Part shown: piece by piece, positions 1 to 21,188 of the stretch | Layout: every line of letters starts with the position of its first letter | Position numbering within the stretch: the stretch's first letter is position 1 | Assembly: GCF_964188315.1 (NCBI RefSeq) | Contig: NC_135661.1 | Coordinates: 52,576,001 to 52,640,000, forward strand | Source of the DNA: Podarcis muralis | Taxonomy: Eukaryota | Direction of reading: 5' to 3' | DNA length: 64,000 nt | Position numbers and translations under genes: made by a program | Notes under the pieces: generated by a model | What the model was told of the DNA's origin: nothing | What the model saw: the letters and a program-made list of their open reading frames with translations, nothing else | Database searches by the model: none

Positions 1-231
1 AAAACCCCTGGATAAGCCTATTCAGTGAGGTGTGGGTTAAAAGTGCTCACAAACAAATAAAATAGCAAAACCTTCGCTTAATCACAAAAGAAGTTCAGAA
101 ATGGAAAAAAGCTGAAGTCGGTTTAAGTTATCTTGGCTGTGCCAATGCATTTTTGGATCAATATATATTTCATTAGATAACAAAAAAAAAAAAGGTTTAC
201 TTTGAGTTATTAAACCATGCATACAGTCTTA

Positions 232-10422
<10,191 letters not shown>

Positions 10423-10795
10423 GGTCATAAAAGAATATGGTTTCATCCCCAAAATTCCATGCATCAAGTTACATGTTGTTTTTCCATGAATCAGTTCCCT
10501 CTTTTCTTTTTGGTTTCAGAAAACGGTGCCTTTTTAAGTGCTTTTTAAGTGGATAGTCTTAAGGTTTTGTCTAAGAGAAGTAGAAGTCTTGCCTTCATGG
10601 TCTTTACCAGTGAAGCCTAGTAAACAGGCTCATTTCTTTCTGCGTTTTTTCTCCATCTTTGATTAAAGGATCCTGTCACTCAGGATTCAACAGCTGAGTC
10701 CTGTACTCCATTTCGGATAGGTGATGTAAGGCCAAAGCAGAATTGCCAAGATCTGTTTCGTTGCTGGGTTGGTGTGGTGTTTTTAACAATACACC
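10423..10795 (-). other. MBTPS1: MBTPS1 5'UTR portion of exon 2 with multiple uORFs
   Basis: Acceptor TGTTTATTTTTGCAG| at 10796; ten AUGs between it and the main start. Confidence 0.65.
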
Positions 10796-12111
10796 CTGCA
10801 AAAATAAACATCCAATTACATAAATGAAATATTTTCTAATTTAATATTTTGACAAATCACAAGGTGGTAATAATATAGGCTGCAATTTCACACTAAAGTG
10901 AAAAACATATGCCTGGATTTTACATCAGGTGGCAGCTAACTTTATGTTCCTTTACACAAAAAATAAAATAAAAATCCAACATAGAAAAATAAGTATCAGA
11001 GGAAAGGATCCTAGCCTAACCTTCAATTTATTGTAGCAGCTATTTAAAATGCACACCAAAATTTTCCAATATATGAACAGTAAGTAATACAATATATAAA
11101 TTTTTTGAGACAACAGAATAAAACCTCATTTAAACTAAAACTGAACTGAGCACACTTTTAAACCTCTCAGAACCTACACTGGTTCTTTCTGTTTGGAGTT
11201 CTCTTGCAGCCAAAACATACAGAACTGTTCTATATATAGACTACATATGGGTAAACATCTTCTAGGAGAAAACAGATAATCTCTTGATCAGAGTAGGTTG
11301 TTAAACCAGACAAAATATTTCTCAGGTAGGGGCTCACATGACAAAATGGTTCTCCTTGCACACAAATTACATGCAGGCAATGTGTTTGTGCAGAGAACCA
11401 TTTTGTCAGGTGAGCTTCCAACTGCAATCTGAAATGGTTTACAACTTTAGTGAGAGCAAGACCACAGGGAGAGCAGGGAGATCTTGCAATTAAGAAGCTG
11501 AAGGTGGGGGGCGGGGAGAGATATATTGTGTGTTTTCCTTTCATTTCCTTGTCTCGTCTCCTCTTAAGGGCTGCTAAATGCATTGTTTTTGAGTATATCC
11601 GCAAGTTATCCTAAGACCCCAGCATGTTTTCCAACCACACTGAATTTCTGCTTCCCTTCTTTCTCACTCGTACACTGTCATAGTCACAATCACACACACA
11701 AAAGCACCATGCCTGCATGATGTTTATCTCTGAGGAGGAACATCCACTGCTTTCTACCTCATGCCCTTCAAGAAGGCTGCATAGGTGTGCTTAGCTGCTT
11801 ACCAGCATAGGACATTTACACGGGTTATTTTTTGGAGGGGGGTGATTTAGCATTTTAGAACATAACCTTAGCCCTCATACATCCCACAAAAGGGAAATTT
11901 GATCAAAGAAAACAAGTAAATGCTGATTGATAGAATTCCACTTCTCGCTGCTGTGGTAAACCTGTGCTGGACTGCACTACTTCAGAAATGCGAGTGGGAG
12001 GATACCTAGTATCATAGAACCCTCTGCTATGCCAAAAAAAAAAAAAAAATCTACACACTGAAAATTAGGTCAGAGTGAAGACCCCACTAAGAACACAATT
12101 TATTACATTTA

Positions 12112-12320
12112 TATGCCGTATTTCCTGAAAAGGAAGTGGAACAAACACATGGCTCCTCACCACCACCATTTTATCCTCATAATACCCGTGCAGCAGACAT
12201 CAGGGATAAGAGATGGCAACGGGCTCAACACTACCAAGTGAGTTTCGTGGCTAAGTGAGGGACTGAACCCAGGTCTCTCCATTCCTGGTCTCACACTTCA
12301 ACCACTAAACCACACTAGCT
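12112..12320 (-). mobile_element. tRNA-derived CORE/MIR-like SINE (old)
   Basis: TGAACCCAGGTCTCTCC...AACCACTAAACCACACTAGC, the reverse complement of a tRNA-like head. Confidence 0.55.
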
Positions 12321-13299
12321 GACAAGCTAGTTTTCTGTGTTGTCAGGTTTATTTATTGAATATGTTTTCATATTCCCCATCTACCAAAAGCTACCAGGTC
12401 AGGGGAGACACTGCCTTAAGGTACTTTTCCTTGATATGCTAGCTTTCTCTGTGTGGGGGAGAGGGAGAGAAGAGAAACAGGGCTCTTCCATGATCTCTGC
12501 TGAGAGGCTAATTGCCTTCCAAACTGTCACTTTGCAGCAGCCATTCCACTAGAGTAGATTATATAAACTATTTTCATTCTAGCTCACAGTTACAAGAACT
12601 ATAATAAAATATATTAATGTCTGATCATGCTTATTTCTTTCTTCCTCCCCATCCCTTTTCACTTGCGCACTGTGTCCCTTTTAAATTGCATGCCTGGGGG
12701 CAGAAACTATCTTAATATCTATTTCTGTATGCTGCTTTGGAAGCCTTTACTGACAAGAGTGGGCTACAAAAAAAGCTTTAAAACATGTAAGCTATAAATA
12801 GGGTAAAGTGTTCCACCTGGTTACACCCCCCCCCCTTGTGCAGTACAGCCCAGAGCAGACATTAGTGTTATTATTTACTTAAAGCATTTATACCCCAGCC
12901 TTCGGCCAAAAAGGCTCTTAGAAGTAGCTTACACAAATCAGTGCTAAAACAGACCCTGCGCTCAGGCTCATAATCTCAAAAAGGCATGACACACAAGGAA
13001 AAAGGAACAGGAGGGAGGAAGTGAAAGCAAACTGTAAGCTCTTAACATTTAGAGTTCTGATTAGAGTTCTATAGCTCTGTGCATGCAGATTCTGGCTGTC
13101 TAGGTGAGAAGCAACTCCCCACCATCCATCTTGCCCTTGATAAAGCGCTTATCTTTCTTTCCCCAGATGCACAGGATCTCCCACCACCATTACAGATCCA
13201 GGAGCAGAGGCGGTGACAATGTCCAGGCTGAGGAGGCAGGGCAACTGACTCACCCACGCCTCTGCAGTTATCACTGGGCAGAGGAAAGGGAAAGGACAG

Positions 13300-14560
13300 C
13301 AACAGCCTCCACCTGCCTTGGACTCTGGCTTTGGGCCCTTGTGCTGATTGCGCCAAGCGAATGCGCAGCGAGGACAGGTCCCCACCGGGTCACCTCGGCC
13401 CACTCACTCACTTTCTCTCAGCCTCACCTACCTCACAAGGTGGCTGTGAGGGTGAAGCGGGGGAGAACCATGTACGCCCCCTTGGAGGAAAGGTGGGATG
13501 TGAATATACGCAATCCTCTCCTGTCTGCTCTGTCTGCTCTCTGTGGGCTCAGACACCCCTCGAGACGTCGTCGCCAAACCCCACACGAGAGCCCCCGAGG
13601 TGGGCGCCTCTCTCGATGTCGGGGTGCCCCAGACCTTTGCGAATCAAGTCGTCGGACCGAAACGTGCCTTCACCCGATTTTGGGTGTGACAGGTCCGAAC
13701 GCTCTTTTTAAAAATAACAACAGCAGCAGCAGCAACACAATAATAATACTTTTCGGCTTCTGCGAATTCCCAGGCCGCTCAGCGCTAGGAAGTCAATGAG
13801 GACCAGGGAGCGGGATCCGCTAAGGAACTGCGCCCGGTGCTGCGCCCCAAAATCCACCCCGCCCCCCCCCCCTGAAACCAGCGGCAGTCCGGGCTCCGGC
13901 TGCTTCCTTCCCCCTGCTCCGTGAGAGGGAGGCCCGGGACGCGACCACAGAACGGCTGCTCCCCCTTCCTCCCCGTCCCTGCGGGCCCGAAGCCCCCCTC
14001 CAGCAGCTCCCTCGCCCGCTTCGACCCACCGGCCACCGAAGCTTCCGCAGGGCGCCCCCGGGCCGTAGCGGCCTCCCCTGGCAGCCGGGTCCGGAGCTCC
14101 GGGTGAGGCGAGCGCGGCTCCCGTCCCGCAGCCCCCCGCTAACCCCACACCAAGCAGCTGGCCTGGGCTGCGGAGGAGAAGCCGCCTTCCATGAACGCGA
14201 GCCTGGCGCACGCTGGGACTTGTAGTCTCCGCTGGCCCTCGCTTCGGAGGGCGGGCGGGCGGGATGGACTACATTTCCCAGGAGCCTCTGAGGCTCTAGC
14301 GAGCTCGTTTGCGGGTCCAACGGACGGAGGCCTCGTTGGTCCCGTCAAAGAAATCGAAACTGCCCTCTCGGAAGACGTAAACAGAAGTCCTTTGCTCTGA
14401 CGGCGCCACAAGAAATCTGCGCCTTAAGTGCATGGTGCGATAGGGAGCCTTGCAGGGAGACTCACGGAGCCCCTGCACTTTTAAATGCGCAAATGGCTAG
14501 GCATTATTTGGAAGTTCCGCAAAGCTAAGGGCACGTGCGATGTAATCCTGTGCCCACGTA
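13300..14560. promoter_or_regulatory. CpG island / MBTPS1 promoter and non-coding exon 1
   Basis: Very GC- and CpG-rich tract upstream of MBTPS1 exon 2; GGGCGG boxes at about 14248-14263; exact exon 1 limits not resolved. Confidence 0.85.
14212..14286. promoter_or_regulatory. Divergent pair of ZNF143(Staf)/THAP11-type ACTACAnnTCCCAG motifs flanking GC boxes
   Basis: Minus strand GACTACAAGTCCCAGC at 14212-14227; plus strand GACTACATTTCCCAGGAGCC at 14267-14286. Confidence 0.7.
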
Positions 14561-14576
14561 GTCGGGGAGCTGAAGA

Positions 14577-14754
14577 CATAGGAACTGCACTGAATCAGAT
14601 CATTGGTCCACCTAGCTCAGAATTGTGACATTGACAAACAGCCTCTCTCCAGGATTTCAGGCACGGTTCTCTTCCACCCTGCCTGGAAGTGACAGGGATC
14701 GATACTCAGACCTTCTGCATGAAAAGCCGTTGTTCTACCACTAAGCTATGGCCC
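14577..14754 (-). mobile_element. tRNA-derived SINE with CR1-like tail (Squam3-like)
   Basis: Reverse complement starts GGGCCATAGCTTAGTGGTAGAAC (A-box) and ends GGACCAATGATCTGATTCAG...TTCCTATG. Confidence 0.7.
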
Positions 14755-15487
14755 TCATCAATTAAAGTTTTGCTTAAATAACTCAGCACTTGCTTCTTCA
14801 TCCTAGAATCCTATGTAAGCCAGTATCTGCAGAACTTGGGAAGGGTCTATTCAACCAGCAATCTCCATCTTAGAATTTACTGGTAGTCTATATAACCTGA
14901 TCTCATGGCTACAGCATCAGTTTAACTGTCCAATTCCTTGTTTTCCCTCTGCTGCCCAAGCTGCTTCATGTAACATCTTGCCTGATGAGGAGAACCTGAA
15001 AAGCTTCTCATGTTTTTCTGACATGTTGTTTGTTCTGAATATAGGTTTTACCTATCTATCTATCCATCCATCTTTTAAATGTCACAAACACATTTTCCCA
15101 CACACTGAATGAAGAGAGGCACCTAAATATATTTGCGGAATTCAATATGATTGAAACATAGTATAATTCAATATTTGAGTTTATAGAGCATCATTTCAGG
15201 GACAAACAATATACTGTACTATTATTTCTAGCTGGGGAGACCAGTCTTCTCTGGATACAAAAAAGCAGATGTCTTCATCAGTGCTCACAGCTCCAAACTC
15301 AGAGCACTACAAAGCACACTGGCAGGAGACCACACAGATAGAAGCAAGTCACTAAAAATCACAGTATCTAGAAAGTAGCATTTGTTTCCAACTCAGAAAA
15401 TTGCTTCAGGTGTTCCCAACAAAGCTTCCAGGGAAGAAGTGTAGAATACTCCACTTGAAGAGCAGTACCCAGTTTTGGTATAGAAAA

Positions 15488-15595
15488 AGCCTTTGTCTGC
15501 CTGGTGCCCTCCAGATGCTTTGGACTACAGCTCCCATCAGTCCTAGTCAGCACAGCTGTTGCAGTCCAAACCACTTGGGAGGGCACCAAGCTATG
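15488..15595. mobile_element. Palindromic hAT-like MITE (degenerate)
   Basis: TGGTGCCCTCCAGATGCTTTGGACTACAGCTCCCATCA / GGAGGGCACCA. Confidence 0.6.
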
Positions 15596-16009
15596 GACCA
15601 CGTGACCTCTTTCTGCTGCCAGTTCTTAATGGGGGTTCAGTCCCCAAGCATCCTATTCAACTTCTTTAGCATTCAGGGGACCCCAGCATTGCCCACTCAT
15701 GTCCAAATCAGAAAAAATCACTCAGTACTATGTAAAAATCAGGACCCCACAGACATCATACAAAAGAATATCAGCTTCCTAACAACAGGGTTCTTTTTTG
15801 CTGCCTGCGTAACATTCTTGATGGGCCCTGCAATGAGATAGAAGCAAGATGAAGTCTCTTTTAAAAGGTACATATCATCATCATCATCATTATCATTGAA
15901 GAAAATCCATCCAGTGAGAGTGGGGTTTTGTGGTAACTGGCTGCTAGATGTTATCTGTTCTCCAGCTGATATTTTTAATGCAGTTTTTTCCTCCCAAAAT
16001 GGCATTTTT

Positions 16010-16078
16010 TCAAAATGAGCCCAATCTGCTCATTCCCCTAACCCAGAGCCATTCTGGAATGATCTGTGCAAAAAAACC
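16010..16078 (-). CDS. HSDL1: HSDL1 last coding exon
   Basis: Acceptor TCTTCCAG|; [22 protein letters not shown]. Confidence 0.88.
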   Translation of the reverse strand, partial: GFFAQIIPEWLWVRGMSRLGSF

Positions 16079-19000
16079 CTGGAAGACAAGAGAGGAAACA
16101 CAGGTTAGAATTAGCACATAAACGTAAAGATTAGCACATAAAGATTAAAATATCAGCATGAAATAAAACCCAAGAAGATCTAACATGAAGAGTCTCCTTC
16201 AGACAGTGAATCATCCACATCTCCCATTCCTTCCTTTCAGTTCATAATATAGGAAGCTGCCTTCTATAGAGCCAGACCATTGGTCCATCTAGCTTAATAC
16301 TGTCAACACTGGCTGGCAGTGACTCTCTAGGATCTCTAGCAAGGGTCATTCCCAGCCTTGCCTGGAGACTGAACCTGGGACCTTCTTTGTGGAAATCACA
16401 TGCTCTGCCACTGAGCTATGACTCTTGCCCCCTCCAACTATTAATTCTCTTAAAAAAAAAATTTAAGGGATGGAAGTGCAGCAGAAGACACAAACATGCT
16501 GGTTTTATACGTTCTTTAAAAAGAACTTTGGGGAAGTTTACTGCCTGAGCACTTCATCTATAAAAAATGTTAAAACTTAATAAAGATAACAACATTTTGC
16601 ATGGGTTATTGCAGCTAACCTGGCATCCTTGTCTATCCCACCTCCTGTAGGCTACCATATGTATCGGGTGGTGCACAGACCCCTGGTCAAGCACCTGGCA
16701 TTACAATGATGACAGGTGACCCTTTTTGCCTGCACCAACAATCTGGTGATTAACACCACATAAGCCCCTTTCTACTTACCCTGTACCTGATGTTATATAG
16801 GACATCAAATGTGGGCCCAATGGGACCTGGGTGACCTAAGTAAGCCTGTGAGCCAGAGGTTCCTCACCTCTCCTATAAAGCTTTGGACTCTGAAGCACTG
16901 TCACATGTTCTGTGAATCTCCCCATCCTGTTGCACCATCCTTGCATTTGCCAGTACCTTCTGTGGCAAGATTGGTGGCCAAGCATGAGAGGGTCTTCTAT
17001 ATGTGGTGGCACCCCATAGGTGGAACTCATTGCCCTAAGATGTTCAGCTATCTTCCTCTTCGTTTGCATTGCAAACTGAAAACTTCCAAGCACCCATTGC
17101 TGGTTAACATATTGAGTACTGCCCTTTGTGTTTTTCTTCATTTGCTGCTCCTAGCTTGATGATTTGTGTTTTAATGGTGGGGCATGTGTTGTTTGTATGC
17201 TTGCTTTTAGATTTGCAAACTCTTTTGAACAACTTCCTTTAAGGAGGCGGGAAAATAGGGTGTAAATGCTTCTGAAGAAATAGAAATGTATGCAGTGCAG
17301 AACTAAGAGCAGTAATTGATGCACTAAGGCAGGTGTAGGGAACCTTTTGCCCTCCAGGTGTTTCTGAACTACGGTTCTCAACATTCCACACCATTGGCCA
17401 TGTTTGCTGGGGATGATGGGAGTTGCAGTTCAGCAATATCAGGAAGGTCAAAGGTTCTCCACCCCTGCACTAAGGGAAGAGATGCATTTTCCCACCCACA
17501 AGATACTACACAAAGTACCACAGTCTCTAGGTTCAGATAGCTTCATGCAAGAAAAATATGTTGGCCTGCAACACAGAGAATCATACACAGGTTGCAATGT
17601 AAGAACAGCACTTTGCTTTCTGTGCTTCTTTTATTTCTTTTGTTAAGAAAATGAGAATTAAACAAATAAAACTCTATAATAAAATAAACAAAACAGAACA
17701 CAGCAATAAAATTAAGCAATTAGGTTTTCGAGAGCATTAGCTGACAGTCAACACACACAGGAAGCTGCCTTATACTGAATCTAGCTCAGTATTGTCTGCA
17801 CTGACTGGAAGTTTCAGAGGCAGTCAGTCTCTCCCAGCTTTATGTGGAGAGGCTGGGATTAAATTTAGGGACCTTGTGAAGGCAAGGCAGATGTTCTACC
17901 ACTGAGCTACATCCCTTCCTCAAGATCACATTCCCCAAGATCATGTGTGAACATTTGCTTCGAAAGGCTCATTAAAACCAATCCAGGCTGCATGGTTCAG
18001 CCGCCAAGTTAAGAAAAGTTAAGAGAAAATGTAACACAGAAGCAGCTGAATTAATGATATTACCTGGATTGAATGGAGGGAGTATCCTGGAGTCCTTCTG
18101 GATAGTCCAAGGGTGGCAATAGCCTGGTGCGCGTATTCATCTGCAGAAGGCACAAGCAAGCTCTTTTTGGATAACGTGGGGCTGTATTTTGACATGTTGG
18201 TGCAGACGAAAGCTGGACATAAGCACTGAACAAAAATGCCTTGGGGAGCATACTCATAATAAAGCGATTGACTGAAATGGTCCAGGTAAGCCTGTCAAGG
18301 TTAAGAGCAGACAATTAAGATTCTCTGGATTTAACATGGGGAAAAACCGAACACATTCTCTTGACTTGCCCTTCTTATGCAGAGCTTAGACAAAATTTTA
18401 TAGACCCACTCCTATGTCAATTTAGCTTCCTATCCGGAGAAAACCAGGTTTTACACTTGCTGAATAATGTCACTAGAGCTATACCTTCTTTGGTGGCCAA
18501 ATTTCTTTTTTTAGCTTTTAAGCGTCACAAGACTATAATAGACTGTATTGATATGGGGCTATCTGTTTAGCCCATTTAGTGTTGGCTGAGTTCTAAAATT
18601 TTCCTGGATGTTTTAACTGTGTATTGACAAATGTACTTTTTTCTGACTGACGGTCGAATAAAAAGTTGTTGATGATGATGATAACATGGGGAAAAGGTGT
18701 GGAGAACAGACATTGGCAGCTTAGACAAGGCGCAACACAGATGGCTATGGAACAAAGCTTTACCAAATCAGCACCTATCCCCAACTCTGTATGTCTTGCT
18801 GACTGGCCAATTGCAACTTAATAATAACTGCTTTGGCACAGCTTTGCACAACCAAGTACCTTCCAGATGATTTGGACTTCAATTCCCATCAGCCCCAACA
18901 GAAACTCTGAAAGACACCAGGTTGGGGAACACTGCTATCGCACTTTAGGCTACAGTTATCTTGGGAGTCAGTCCCATTGAACTCAAGCAGGGCTTACCAT

Positions 19001-21188
19001 TAAGTAGACATGGACAGAATTGCTCTGTTGGTTCCTTTACAAAACGCACACCAGCCCTTTACCATTCACCTAACAGAGCAATCTTGTACATAGTTACTCT
19101 TTAATAAATTCCCTTAAATTCCCATGTAAGTGTGTATAGGGTTGCAGCCTCAATTTATAACGCTGCCTTCACTGGAGCAAAGTAGAACGCTTAAGCCAAT
19201 ACATTCCTGAAGCAGAAAAGCCACCATGGCTGTTCCTGAACCCTTTAAATTTTATCCTGCCTTCCATTCCTGTACATCTCTGAGCCGGAGTGGTAGGCAT
19301 CTAATTCAACCCTGCCAGAGCCTTTGCAGCAAGAATGAGGAATCCTTTCCAGGCCAAGGATAGTATATCCTCCATCCAGGCAAGCAAGAGGCATTATCAG
19401 ACTTCAAGGACATGTTCCAGCTGTTTTAAAACACTTGAAGGGGGTGCAAAGCAGGGCTACTGCGCGATGGTCTGAGAAGAGGCCTGAGGGCCAGAGAGAG
19501 AGGGGCCTAGAGAGATGCATACTTATCCTGGGACCTGAGGTTTCCCACTCCACCTTCAAAAACTTCCAGTTCTCAAAATCCTTATCCACAGAAACAGAAA
19601 AAACCATTTCCATGGAGAAAGGATGTGTAACTATCTCTTAGAAATAATGATTCTGATAAGACAGGGGGTAAGAAGCCTTTCTAGACTGGCAAGCCAGATT
19701 GTTATCTCCCTCACCCTTCGCAGGCCATGTTTGACAGGTGGGCAGATGCCACAGCAGCCTATTGCCTGCATGGGTCTTCAAGTGCCCTGCACTTTGAACA
19801 TGCAGTGATCAGCCAATTGCTGGATCTTCAGAAGCCCCGTTCACTGCACAGGGCAAAACAGAGCTTTGAAAGGGACTTTGCAGGCACCATGGTGAAGGGC
19901 GGGTGGCTATGGCTTGGCTGAAACGGCCTCATAGGCCAAACAAGGAGACCTTGTGGGCCTGATCAGGGCTGCAGGGCTGGAGGTTCCCCACCCATCATAA
20001 GAGAACACATATATGTTTATATTTTGAAACTCACCTTGGAGGCTGAATATGCCGTCATTCGTGGGGAGGGGTGGTAAGAGGACATAGAAGAAACGTTCAC
20101 GATAGCTCCTTTCTTTCTCTGAACCATTCCTGGCAACACCATGTGCACCATCATATTAGCTGCTCCAATATTGACGTTGATGAGATCCCAAATTTTATCC
20201 TCTGTCAAACTGGCAAAATAATCCGGGTGATCATAGAACACGCCAACGTTATTCACCAAAATGCCAGTCTCTTTGCCTAGCAGGGCCTTCTTGATGGCAG
20301 GGTACACCTGGCGGCCCCTGCTGAAATCTGCTACAACAACTTCCGTTTCGACCTTGTAGGAATCCTCAATATCTTTGGCAAGAGCTTCCAACATCTCCTT
20401 GTTCCGGCTAATTAAGACAACATTCACCCCGTGGCATGCCAACTCTTTAGCATAGGACTTCCCGATGCCTGAGGTACAACCTGGAGCAGATCGAGAGAGC
20501 AACGAAGATCATTTTTAGACTCTGAGACTAAATGCATTCACTTAGTCAACCGATAGTTGTAGAGCGTTTACAAAGGGCTTATGCATTTTTATGTCAGTAC
20601 AGTGGTGCCCCGCAAGACGAATGCCTCGCAAGACGAAAAACTCTCTAGACGAAAGGGTTTTTCCATTTTTTGAGTCGTTCCGCAAGACGAATTTCCCTAT
20701 GGGCTTGCTTCGCAAGACGAAACGTCTTGCGAGTTCTTGCAAGTTTGTTTCCTCTTTCTTAAAGCCGCTAAGCCGCTAATAGCCGTGCTTTGCAAGACGA
20801 AAAAACCGCAAGACGAAGAGACTCGCGGAACGGATTAATTTCGTCTTGCGAGGCACCACTGTATGGGGTCTTCCTAAAAAAAATCTCAACAACTTTGCAG
20901 GTGTCAGGAATTTTAATTTTTGAAATAAGGCAACCCCAGAGAATCTGTGTGCTCCAACTGTCTCTTACCTGTTACAGCAGCCCACCTTCCATACAGTTTG
21001 ACGAAATCAGGCCTGCTGACCAGCCGAGGAATGAAATACAACCTGATCAGGCTGTATGTGTTGCTTGCAACAGTGAGGGATGTCTTCATTATGTAGAAGG
21101 CTCCAATGAAAGCCAATGTCTCTATGACACAACTGCAGGCCTGCCCAATCTCTCTGAGCAAGAAGGAAAAGCTGTCCACAGCAGCCAT
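16010..21188 (-). CDS. HSDL1: Hydroxysteroid dehydrogenase-like protein 1 (SDR family), 320 aa; join(21188-20969,20480-20035,18291-18064,16078-16010)
   Basis: MAAVDSF...[19 protein letters not shown]...ISRN...NNVG...[26 protein letters not shown]...PEWLWVRG; exon sizes 220/446/228/69; GT-AG introns; lies between MBTPS1 and DNAAF1 as in mammals. Confidence 0.95.
16248..16424 (-). mobile_element. Squam3-like SINE
   Basis: ATAGGAAGCTGCCTT...CAGACCATTGGTCCATCTAGC...CCACTGAGCTAT. Confidence 0.75.
17759..17915 (-). mobile_element. Squam3-like SINE (internally deleted)
   Basis: AGGAAGCTGCCTTATACTGA...TCTACCACTGAGCTAC. Confidence 0.7.
18064..18291 (-). CDS. HSDL1: HSDL1 coding exon
   Basis: [26 protein letters not shown]...[17 protein letters not shown]. 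Confidence 0.95.
20035..20480 (-). CDS. HSDL1: HSDL1 coding exon (Rossmann fold and active site)
   Basis: [15 protein letters not shown]...TAYSASK. Confidence 0.96.
20600..20861. mobile_element. pogo/Tigger-like MITE with internal CGCAAGACGA repeats
   Basis: TIR CAGTGGTGCCCCGCAAGACGAA / TTCGTCTTGCGAGGCACCACTG, TA TSD; sister copy at 58016. Confidence 0.88.
20969..21188 (-). CDS. HSDL1: HSDL1 first coding exon
   Basis: [20 protein letters not shown]...YGRWAAVT; acceptor TTCTCTTCTAG| at 21203, donor G|GTAAG. Confidence 0.95.

Noticed and set aside
13104-14411. Cluster of long ORFs (231, 167, 166 aa and others) on both strands
   Set aside because: They lie in the GC-rich MBTPS1 CpG island where stops are rare; low-complexity Gly/Arg/Pro content and no recognisable homology
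20600-20861. Regularly repeated 10-mers resembling a CRISPR array
   Set aside because: Eukaryotic MITE with TIRs and TA TSD; irregular spacing and no unique spacers of constant length
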